Below, piece by piece: positions 13,001 to 24,566 of a stretch of DNA of 64,000 nucleotides (positions are counted from its first letter, which is position 1; each line of letters begins with the position of its first letter). Source of the DNA: Hormiphora californensis (taxonomy: Eukaryota; Animalia; Ctenophora). Under the pieces are notes generated by a model. That model did not search any database. It was not told where the DNA came from and saw only the letters and a program-made list of their open reading frames with translations. The stretch covers positions 2,852,001 to 2,916,000 of the forward strand of contig CM035358.1 of NCBI GenBank assembly GCA_020137815.1, given 5' to 3'. Both the position numbers and the translations under genes were made by a program.

Positions 13001-16000
13001 CCAGTGCTCACCTAACATCCCCCTCCCTCTAGGATAGAAGACAACTACCAGTGCTCACCTAACATCCCCCTCCCCCTAGGATAGAAGACAACTACCAGTG
13101 CTCACCTAACATCCCCCTCCCCTCTAGGATAGAAGACAACTACCAGTGCTCACCTAACATCCCCCTCCCCTAGGATAGAAGACAACTACCAGTGCTCACC
13201 TAACATCACCCTCCCCTCTAGGATAGAAGACAACTACCAGTGCTCACCTAACATCCCCCTCCCCTCTAGGATAGAAGACAACTACCAGTGCTCACCTAAC
13301 ATCACCCTCCCCTCTAGGATAGAAGACAACTACCAGTGCTCACCTAACATCCCCCTCCCCTCTAGGATAGAAGACAACTACCAGTGCTCACCTAACATCC
13401 CCCTCCCCTAGGATAGAAGACAACTACCAGTGCTCACCTAACATCCCCCTCCCTCTAGGATAGAAGACAACTACCAGTGCTCACCTAACATCCCCTCCCC
13501 TCTAGGATAGAAGACAACTACCAGTGCTCACCTAACATCCCCCTCCCCTAGGATAGAAGACAACTACCAGTGCTCACCTAACATCCCCCTCCCCTAGGAT
13601 AGAAGACAACTACCAGTGCTCACCTAACATCCCCCTCCCCTCTAGGATAGAAGACAACTACCAGTGCTCACCTAACATCCCCCTCCCCTAGGATAGAAGA
13701 CAACTACCAGTGCTCACCTAACATCCCCCTCCCCTAGGATAGAAGACAACTACCAGTGCTCACCTAACATCCCCCGCCCTCTAGGATAGAAGACAACTAC
13801 CAGTGCTCACCTAACATCCCCCTCCCCTAGGATAGAAGACAACTACCAGTGCTCACCTAACATCCCCCTCCCCTCTAGGATAGAAGACAACTACCAGTGC
13901 TCACCTAACATCCCCCTCCCCTAGGATAGAAGACAACTACCAGTGATCACCTAACATCCCCCTCCCCTCTAGGATAGAAGACAACTACCAGTGCTCACCT
14001 AACATCCCCTCTCCCCCAGGATAGAAGACAACTACCAGTGCTCACCTAACATCCCCACCCTCTAGGATAGAAGACAACTACCAGTGCTCACCTAACATCC
14101 CCTCTCCCCTAGGATAGAAGACAACTACCAGTGCTCACCTAACATCACCCTCCCCTAGGATAGAAGACAACTACCAGTGCTCACCTAACATCCCCCTCCC
14201 CTCTAGGATAGAAGACAACTACCAGTGCTCACCTAACATCCCCACCCTCTAGGATAGAAGACAACTACCAGTGCTCACCTAACATCCCCCTCCCCTAGGA
14301 TAGAAGACAACTACCAGTGCTCACCTAACATCCCCCTCCCCTAGGATAGAAGACAACTACCAGTGCTCACCTAACATCCCCCCCCCCCTAGGATAGAAGA
14401 CAACTACCAGTGCTCACCTAACATCCCCTCTTTCCTAGGATAGAAGACAACTACCAGTGCTCACCTAACATCACCCTCTCCCCTAGGATAGAAGACAACT
14501 ACCAGTGCTCACCTAACATCACCCTCCCCTAGGATAGAAGACAACTACCAGTGATCACCTAACATCCCCTCTCCCCCTAGGATAGAAGACAACTACCAGT
14601 GCTCACCTAACATCACCCTCCCCTAGGATAGAAGACAACTACCAGTGATCACCTAACATCACCCTCCCCTCTAGGATAGAATACAACTACCAGTGCTCAC
14701 CTAACATCACCCTCCCCCAGGATAGAAGACAATTACCAGTGCTCACCTAACATCACCCTCCCCCCTAGGATAGAAGACAACTACCAGTGCTCACCTAACA
14801 TCCCCCTCCCCTAGGATAGAAGACAACTACCAGTGCTCACCTAACATCCCCCTCTCCCCTAGGATAGAAGACAACTACCAGTGCTCACCTAACATCCCCC
14901 TCCCCTAGGATAGAAGACAACTACCAGTGCTCACCTAACATCCCCACCCTCTAGGATAGAAGACAACTACCAGTGCTCACCTAACATCCCCCTCCCCTCT
15001 AGGATAGAAGACAACTACCAGTGCTCACCTAACATCACCCTCCCCTCTAGGATAGAAGACAACTACCAGTGCTCACCTAACATCCCCCTCCCCTCTAGGA
15101 TAGAAGACAACTACCAGTGCTCACCTAACATCCCCCTCCCCTCTAGGATAGAAGACAACTACCAGTGCTCACCTAACATCCCCCTCCCCTCTAGGATAGA
15201 AGACAACTACCAGTGCTCACCTAACATCACCCTCCCCTCTAGGATAGAAGACAACTACCAGTGCTCACCTAACATCCCCCTCCCCCTAGGATAGAAGACA
15301 ACTACCAGTGCTCACCTAACATCCCCCTCCCCTAGGATAGAAGACAACTACCAGTGCTCACCTAACATCCCCCTCCCTCTAGGATAGAAGACAACTACCA
15401 GTGCTCACCTAACATCCCCCTCCCTCTAGGATAGAAGACAACTACCAGTGCTCACCTAACATCCCCTCTCCCTAGGATAGAAGACAACTACCAGTGCTCA
15501 CCTAACATCCCCACCCTCTAGGATAGAAGACAACTACCAGTGCTCACCTAACATCACCCTCCCCTCTAGGATAGAAGACAACTACCAGTGCTCACCTAAC
15601 ATCACCCTCCCCTCTAGGATAGAAGACAACTACCAGTGCTCACCTAACATCCCCTCTTTCCTAGGATAGAAGACAACTACCAGTGCTCACCTAACATCCC
15701 CCCTCCCCTAGGATAGAAGACAACTACCAGTGCTCACCTAACATCCCCACCCTCTAGGATAGAAGACAACTACCAGTGCTCACCTAACATCACCCTCCCC
15801 TCTAGGATAGAAGACAACTACCAGTGCTCACCTAACATCCCCCTCCCCTAGGATAGAAGACAACTACCAGTGCTCTCCTAACATCCCCACCCTCTAGGAT
15901 AGAAGACAACTACCAGTGCTCACCTAACATCCCCTCTCCCCTAGGATAGAAGACAACTACCAGTGCTCACCTAACATCCCCTCTCCCCTAGGATAGAAGA

Positions 16001-19000
16001 CAACTACCAGTGCTCACCTAACATCCCCACCCCCTAGGATAGAAGACAACTACCAGTGCTCACCTAACATCCCCCTCCCCTAGGATAGAAGACAACTACC
16101 AGTGCTCACCTAACATCCCCCCCCTAGGATAGAAGACAACTACCAGTGCTCACCTAACACCCCTCCCCCTAGGATAGAAGACAACTACCAGTGCTCACCT
16201 AACATCCCCTCCCCCAGGATAGAAGACAACTACCAGTGCTCACCTAACATCCCCCACCCCTCTAGGATAGAAGACAACTACCAGTGGCTCACCTAACATC
16301 CCCCTCCCCCCCATTAGATAAAGACAAACTACCAGTTGCTCATCCTAACAATCACCCTCACCCATCTAGGATAGAAAGCAACTACGCAGTGGCTTCACCT
16401 AACATCACCCTCCCCATCTAGGATAGAAGACAAACTACCAGTGCTCACCTAAACATCACCCTCCCTCTAGGATAGAAGACAACTACCAGTGACTCCACCT
16501 AACATCACCCTCCCTCTCTAGGGGATAGAAGACAAACTACCAGGCCCACCTACATCCCCTTTCCCTAGGATAGAAGAAAAAGACCATAAAAAAACAACCA
16601 GTGTCACTAACATCCCTCCCAGCGATAGACAACTACCGTCTCCCAATCTGTTATGTACTTCTTTTGACGTCTCACCGACCTCTAAGGATTACGGAGAACG
16701 CTTAAATATCTCTTGGTCATCCGTGAATGTCCTCCCAGGGACTAGAGCTAACTCTGACACCCAGTTTCCCTCCCTGGAGTGAAAAAACCATGTGTCAGGT
16801 TTTTATCCCCCAGTTAAACCTAGCCGTGCTCACAATGAACAACCGTTCCTGTGAAAATAACACCGTTAGAGCTACATTGAGGTAAACATAATGTGCAAAC
16901 AACTGAACACATTGGTAGAGTCAAGTTAAGTGACTCACTAACATCCCCTCTCCCCCTAGGATAGAAGACAACTACCAGTGCTCACCTAAACACCCCTCCC
17001 CCCTAGGATAGAAGACAACTACCAGTGCTCACCTAACATCCCCCTCTCCCCTAGGATAGAAGACAACTACCAGTGCTCACCTAACATCCCTTCTTTCCTA
17101 GGATAGAAGACAACTACCAGTGCTCACCTAACATCACCCTCCCCTAGGATAGAAGACAACTACCAGTGCTCACCTAACATCCCCCTCCCCCCTAGGATAG
17201 AAGACAACTACCAGTGCTCACCTAACATCACCCTCCCCTCTAGGATAGAAGACAACTACCAGTGCTCACCTAACATCCCCCCCCCCCTAGGATAGAAGAC
17301 AACTACCAGTGCTCACCTAACATCCCCCCCCCCTAGGATAGAAGACAACTACCAGTGCTCTCCTAACATCACCCTCCCCTAGGATAGAAGACAACTACCA
17401 GTGCTCACCTAACATCCCCTCTCCCCTAGGATAGAAGACAACTACCAGTGCTCACCTAACATCACCCTCCCCCAGGATAGAATACAACTACCAGTGCTCA
17501 CCTAACATCCCCCTCCCCTAGGATAGAAGACAACTACCAGTGCTCACCTAACATCCCCCTCCCCTAGGATAGAAGACAACTACCAGTGCTCACCTAACAT
17601 CCCCCTCCCCTAGGATAGAAGACAACTACCAGTGCTCACCTAACATCCCCCTCCCCTAGGATAGAAGACAACTACCAGTGCTCACCTAACATCCCCCTCC
17701 CCCTAGGATAGAAGACAACTACCAGTGCTCACCTAACATCCCCACCCCCTAGGATAGAAGACAACTACCAGTGCTCACCTAACATCCCCCTCCCCTAGGA
17801 TAGAAGACAACTACCAGTGCTCACCTAACATCCCCCTCCCCTCTAGGATAGAAGACAACTACCAGTGCTCACCTAACATCCCCCTCCCCTAGGATAGAAG
17901 ACAACTACCAGTGCTCACCTAACATCCCCCTCCCCTAGGATAGAAGACAACTACCAGTGCTCACCTAACATCCCCCTCCCCTAGGATAGAAGACAACTAC
18001 CAGTGCTCACCTAACATCCCCCTCCCCTAGGATAGAAGACAACTACCAGTGCTCACCTAACATCCCCCTCCCCTAGGATAGAAGACAACTACCAGTGCTC
18101 ACCTAACATCACCCTCCCCTCTAGGATAGAAGACAACTACCAGTGCTCACCTAACATCCCCCTCCCCTAGGATAGAAGACAACTACCAGTGCTCACCTAA
18201 CATCACCCTCCCCTCTAGGATAGAAGACAACTACCAGTGCTCACCTAACATCCCCCTCCCCTAGGATAGAAGACAACTACCAGTGCTCACCTAACATCAC
18301 CCTCCCCTAGGATAGAAGACAACTACCAGTGCTCACCTAACATCCCCTCTTTCCTAGGATAGAAGACAACTACCAGTGCTCACCTAACATCCCCACCCTC
18401 TAGGATAGAATACAACTACCAGTGATCACCTAACATCCCCTCCCCTCTAGGATAGAAGACAACTACCAGTGCTCACCTAACATCCCCACCCTCTAGGATA
18501 GAATACAACTACCAAGGCTCTCCTAACATCCCCCTCCCCTAGGATAGAAGACAACTACCAGTGCTCACCTAACATCCCCCTCCCCTAGGATAGAAGACAA
18601 CTACCAGTGCTCGCCAGATCAAGCGGAAAAGCAGAAAGTCTTTCACTTGTGGTACCAGTGGGTTCCTTTCTATTTCTTTCTTAGCGTCATGGTTTTCTGG
18701 GCTGTAACCCATGGTAAATTAAATCAGTTGGACAGACTTGCTTATTTAAAAAAACAACTACCACACGTCTTGTGTATAATGGTCGTTCCTAAGTGATGTA
18801 TGCAGGAGAATTAGGCATTTGTTCAGTATTTTGATAAGATTCTCCAGTCAATAACCGTCCCCTGCTCTCCCAGTATTCAGTGCCAAGTGTCGCCTCTCCA
18901 AGATGAAATCTCACCTGCTGGAGAAGAGTCTCTCTGATGATGATGAGTTGCATCTCTGGTTGCGGCACTACATGAGACGAAGGTAGATAGGGATGTTTTA

Positions 19001-22000
19001 CTTGATTTTAATCTTGTTTGTTTTACAAATTAAAAACAACGGAAGTTTTTAAGGTCTATTCTTGTTTGTTTTATTGAGTCGCAAGAGAATCTCATCTTGT
19101 TTAGACCTTCCTTCTTCCCCGACAATACTTGTTGAGTAAGACTGTAAGTCAAAACTGTAGTTACAAACAGTACAAACAAAAAGCCCTTTGTTTTCAGGAT
19201 AGATCAGTCCCTGGTTGCCCAGTACAGTATACCCCTTTCTTTTCAGGATAGATCAGTCCCTTGTTGCACAGTACAGTTTACCGCTTTCTCTTCAGGATAG
19301 ATCAGTCCCTTGTTGCACAGTACAGTATACCCCTTTCTTTTCAGGATAGATCAGTCCCTAGTTGCCCAGTACAGTATACCCCTTTCTTTTCAGGATAGAT
19401 CAGTCCCTAGTTGCCCAGTACAGTATACCCCTTTCTTTTCAGGATAGATCAGTCCCTAGTTGCCCAGTACAGTATACCCCTCTCTTTCCAGGATAGATCA
19501 GTCCCTAGTTGCTCAGTACAGTATACCACTTTCTTTTCAGGATAGATCAGTCCCTAGTTGCCCAGTACAGTATACCCCTTTGTTTTCAGGATAGATCAGT
19601 CCCTAGTTGCCCAGTACAGTATACCCCTTTCTTTTCAGGATAGATCAGTCTCTAGTTGCCCAGTACAGTATACCCCTTTGTTTTCAGGATAGATCAGTCT
19701 CTAGTTGCCCAGTACAGTACACCCCTTTGTTTTCAGGATAGATCAGTCTCTAGTTGCCCAGTACAGTACACCCCTTTGTTTTCAGGATAGATCAGTCCCT
19801 AGTTGCCCAGTACAGTATACCCCTTTGTTTTCAGGATAGATCAGTCCCTAGTTGCCCAGTACAGTATACCCCTTTGTTTTCAGGATAGATCAGTCCCTAG
19901 TTGCCCAGTACAGTATACCCCTTTCTTTTCAGGATAGATCAGTCCCTTGTTGCACAGTACAGTATACCCCTTTCTTTTCAGGATAGATCAGTCCCTAGTT
20001 GCTCAGTACAGTATACCACTTTGTTTTCAGGATAGATCAGTCCCTAGTTGCTCAGTACAGTATACCACTTTGTTTTCAGGATAGATCAGTCCCTTGTTGC
20101 CCAGTACAGTATACCCCTTTCTTTTCAGGATAGATCAGTCCCTAGTTGCTCAGTACAGTATACCCCTTTCTTTTCAGGATAGATCAGTCCCTTGTTGCAC
20201 AGTACAGTATACCCCTTTGTTTTCTGCTGCGGAGGAGTGTATTCTGTCTGGTGGCGCTAATCCAGTTCATAATTACAAGTAAAACAATTATTGAGAGTCA
20301 TTTTGTGAGATACGTCGGACCCCGATTTACCGGGATGCTCGGACGGAAGGATTTTGTCCATTAAATTGGGTGCCGACTGATATATCAGAAGTCATTAAAA
20401 TTAAAGCCACATTATTATCTAACTCTCTCCAGTCTCCAATTTAAAATATTACTTATCTCCCCAGAGTTTATGTTTCCCATCGGGGATTTCTACCAGCTGG
20501 GCCTGAAATGGCACATTCCAGAGACTGATAACTACACTCATGTGGGTGATGTCTTGTTCCCCAAAATGGCCGGGTGCCAAATACTCAAATACGGGTCTTC
20601 AGGTAAGATTTCTGTGAGAAATAGGTTCACAAATCACTTTTAGTTTCAGGTTGGACATGTGATCCGAACAAGGCCAGGTGCATTGATTCAGAAGTCTGAA
20701 CCTGATGCTTCATTGGCCTACATTCGTCACACTTTCCTAATCGCGTTTATGTAACGCGCGGGTCATTTGACCAACTGGAAGTGGAACTGACTCTTGTCAA
20801 ACATGCGTGACGCGCAGACACCCCTCCCACTTATGACACACACCCACACGTCAATACGTCATGTCAACACTCAACATTGTCTAGCCGATACTGGCTTACC
20901 CCCCGGGGTCCTTTACCTACAGTTATTGCTGCTAGCAACATTTCTCTTCATATGACAATTTCTCTCTCAGGAATTATCACTGAAACTGTGATGTGCAGTG
21001 TTGCTCCGAATGTAGTTATCCAGTACCTTTTCCTTCTATCCTACTGGGCTCTACTTTTCGCTATAGGTAATATAAATATCCTTGTCATGGTTAATCCCAG
21101 GAAACGACCGAACCGGGTTTTTTTCCACCGAACCGAACCGAACCGAATTTGAAAAACTTTTTTACCGAACCGAACCGAACCGAACCGAATCGAATTTCGG
21201 TAACCGAACCGAACCGAACCATACAAAACTTTTTCTGTATAAATGTTTCTCTAAAAAGTCATGGAGAGCACCGATCAAGGTATTGAGAATCATTCTCTGA
21301 AATTTTGTTAAAAAATGTTTGAAAAATTTCAAAGTCAATTTTGTGAAAAAATTTTCAAAGTCAATTTTATCGTAAATTTTCTATGTCAATTTTTGCGTAC
21401 GAATCGTGTTTCGAATCGGCAATGCTATACGGGAATGGTATTGCTACCATTAAACGAACCATGAATCGTGTCTCTCTAAATTTCCTAATTAGATTTGATG
21501 GGGGATCACGTATCAGCACAATCCATCTCGGACCCACTAATTACCAACATCACTCCCGTTTAGCATTGTCGATTAGAAACACGATTCGTATACCATAATT
21601 TACTTAAAATATTTTTCACAAAAAAAATTTCATTTCAGGTAATGATTCTCAATACCTTGATCGATGCTCTCCATGAATTTTTAGAGAAACATTTAATTTT
21701 GTGAAAAAACTTTGTAAAATATTTCAAAGTCAATTTCGGAAAAAAATTTTGCCGTACGAATCGTGTTGCGAATCGGTGATGCTATGCAGCAGTGCTCTCG
21801 CTAATTAGCAGGATTTATTGAAACATGAATCGTTTCCCCTAAACTTCCTAATTAGATTTGATGGGGGATCACGTATCAGCATAATCCATCTCGGACCCAC
21901 TAATTAGCAACATCACTCCCGCTTAGCAATACCGATTCGAAACACGATTCGTACGCAAAAATTGGCATAGAAAATTTTCCATAAAATTGACATTGAAATA

Positions 22001-23239
22001 TTTTCCAAACTTTTTTACAAAATTTCAGAGAATGATTCTTAACACCTTGATCGGTGCTCTCCATGAATTTTTTGAAAAAAAAAGTTTCTGAATTTGTTGA
22101 CCCTCTCATGAGGACACGATTCGACGGGAAGTCAGGTATCAAATCAATCCATATCGAACCCGCTAACTAGCGAAATCATTTCCACATAGCACCACCGATT
22201 CGAAATAGGGTTAATACGGCGAAATTGACATTGAAATCCATACAATTTTCGTGAAATAATTGAAAAATTTTGCATGAAAAAGCCCGATTTCTGGGCATTT
22301 TTTGACCAAAAAATTCGGTGGTTCGGCCAAAAATTTCCTACCGAACCGAACCGAACCGAACCGCCCAAAAAACACCGAATTTCCGAACCGAACCGAACCG
22401 AACCGAATATTCGGTCGCTTCCTGGTTAATCCCATCCCTAATTGTTAAATATCAAATCCTAATTTATCTCCCTGTACCTCAGTACAGCTCAAATACTAAT
22501 TTGTCTCTCTGTTCCTCAGTTGCCAGTTTTCTGAACACCCTGTACACGGTTTCGATGTTCAAACGAGTTTCCCTCAGTGCCATCCTATTCAGACTCCCCC
22601 AAGAACCATTTGATGGAGATGGGGATGATAGCTATTACACAGGTTTTTACTTTATAATATCTATTTAGAAGTGCCCGGAGGATGACCCAATAGTTGTGTC
22701 CCTTCTAACCTACCCTAAGCCATCTGGTATTTTAATTCCATCCCTCCATCTCTATTTTCCTACCCAATAATAATCCCTCCCAGTTGTTACAAAGCCACAG
22801 CTGAAAAAAATAGCGGCGTATTTCGATCACAGCTCTATGATTGTCCTCAATGCAGCTGTCCATACGCATGATCCCTACAAAATGACGAGGTAAGATCTTT
22901 TTCCCTCCCTAGTCCCTATCCCTAGTTCCTATCCCTAGCTTCTTTAGTATGTTTTCAATTTCCCACTGAAGTTATAATTTAGTTTTTAACGAAGTGTATC
23001 CTCTCTTATTCTCGTACCCTTTCTCTCCCAGGTACATTATCTACCTAAGTTCGCTAGTGAGGCATCAGGAGCACACTGGGGAGGCTAGAGTGTGTCGGAA
23101 ACCTGGTCTTCTCAACTCACTACTACGGTGTCTCCCCATCCAGATACCAATGTTTGGTTCCAATACTGCTGCAAGATATGGTACACTGACTGATAACAAC
23201 CCTGATAACAACCCTGATAACAACCCTCCCCAGACTTAA
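10012..23239 (+). CDS. inx: Innexin, paralog 2, 11 coding exons
   Basis: Exons 10012-10078, 10258-10436, 10574-10668, 18589-18713, 18874-18982, 20178-20278, 20465-20602, 20971-21066, 22520-22642, 22784-22889, 23032-23239 join in frame. Motifs LTC..DYCWSQG, HLWYQWVPF, LFPKMAGC, MCSVAPNVVIQYLFL. Intron positions and phases match paralog 1. Confidence 0.93.
10805..18612 (+). repeat. Intronic tandem array (~46-48 nt unit, ~155 copies estimated) made of branch point, pyrimidine tract, 3' splice site and the first 24 nt of innexin-2 exon 4
   Basis: Unit acctaacatccccctcccc(tc)tag|gatagaagacaactaccagtgctc. The final copy runs into the real exon (..tgctcgccagatcaag..). Garbled or non-repeat interruption at about 16270-16930. 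Confidence 0.95.
19184..20224 (+). repeat. Intronic tandem array (49-nt unit, 21 acceptors) made of the 3' splice site plus the start of innexin-2 exon 6
   Basis: Unit ccctttSttttcag|gatagatcagtccctWgttgcMcagtacagtatac. First exon-start copy at 19198, last at 20178 (980 nt = 20 x 49). Confidence 0.95.
21098..22424. mobile_element. Non-autonomous hAT-superfamily DNA transposon (1327 bp) in innexin-2 intron 8
   Basis: 15-bp TIRs caggaaacgaccgaa / ttcggtcgcttcctg; perfect 8-bp TSD gttaatcc (21090-21097 and 22425-22432); subterminal (ccgaa)n arrays; internal direct and inverted duplications; no transposase ORF. Confidence 0.9.
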
Positions 23240-23620
23240 ATACTGTTCTGCATAGACTTGACAAACAGACAAATGTATGATTATGCTTTTTTTTCGCTAA
23301 AGACAGATTATTTTATTTTAACTATGACAGAAGAAAAGCTGGAGAATTTTGGGTAGTAAGACATTATTTCATACTACCGAATGGAGAGTTTTGTCCCTTA
23401 CTATGACCCTGGGGTCGTTTGTCAAACATAAACTATGGAAAATATGGGGACTGAAGTTGAAGTTTCCTACCCATTTTGTTTTTTGAAGTTTTTGAAAAAA
23501 ACTTCAAAAACTTCAAAAATATTGATAATTTATTACTAGTAGGCCGATTATCGCGTTTTTCCAGTTGAGGGTTTAGCAACAGAGGCATACACGCAAACTC
23601 TCTCACTCTCACTCTCACTC

Positions 23621-23670
<50 letters not shown>

Positions 23671-24566
23671 GCGCTCTCTCTCTCCCTGTCTTTGCGATCG
23701 CGATGACTTGGTTTTAATGCTAGTGTTTGACTCCGTCACGCGCTTAGACGCGTCTAGACTTTATAACCTAGTGTACACTATCTTTGCTCCCGTTCTTTGG
23801 CAAAGAGTATGTAGAGCTAAGCATTTAATTACTTAAGCATGAGGTTAGAAAATGGAACTGGATTCTGGATATATACAGATGAGCGAAACGAGTTTGTAGT
23901 TTCTGAAATCATTTGCCTGTCTGTCCAGTTTCTAGTTCGTAGCTGCACAGTACCTACACAGTTGCTGTATAGTGTATGATGTGCTATCGCGGTCCCCCAC
24001 CCTCGCGCTCAATCTCGCACGTGCTTAGCGACCGAGCGACGTATGATATGATAATCCCCTCTTTTTCATTTCTCAATACAGAAAAATATCCTCCCGATAC
24101 TCCTTTCTCTGCCTAGACGAACGACCTTCTAGAGGCTCTAGTAATAGAGCCATCTGCTGTTCTAACCATCCTTGACATTAGTCTTTTTATACTGTGATTT
24201 GACTTGTTATGTATTAATTGATCTCGTTTAGCTCTTCTTTAACTGCTTAGAACGAAGATCTCAACGACTGCTCCTGTATGTAATTGTAACGGAACATACT
24301 TAGAAAAACCGTTCAAAACTATGCACTTTTCAGTCCGAACTTACTAACTGAAAAGTGAAAAGTCCATCTAGTTTTGGACGGTATACCGTCAGGCCGGTTG
24401 TGAAGAGTCTCCAATGCCGCTCTCGTTTAGTTGTTTGCAGTGACACTTATTATTCAATCTAAAGCTTTTGAATAATTTTTTTTTGCAAAATAATTTCATC
24501 AGTTTTTATTTTTCCTCATAATGTTAACTTTTTATCATTTAGTTGCATTCGTAATGTGATTCAACG

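Noticed and set aside
16270-16930. Distinct insertion within the acceptor array
   Set aside because: Progressive indel decay of the repeat into noise looks like low-quality read ends or gap filling; it cannot be interpreted.
10805-18612. CRISPR-like array
   Set aside because: There are no unique spacers (inter-repeat variation is only C-tract length), no cas genes, and the context is a eukaryotic intron.
10817-20178. Classical recursive (ratchet) splicing sites
   Set aside because: The junctions are AG|GA rather than AG|GT, so no donor is regenerated.
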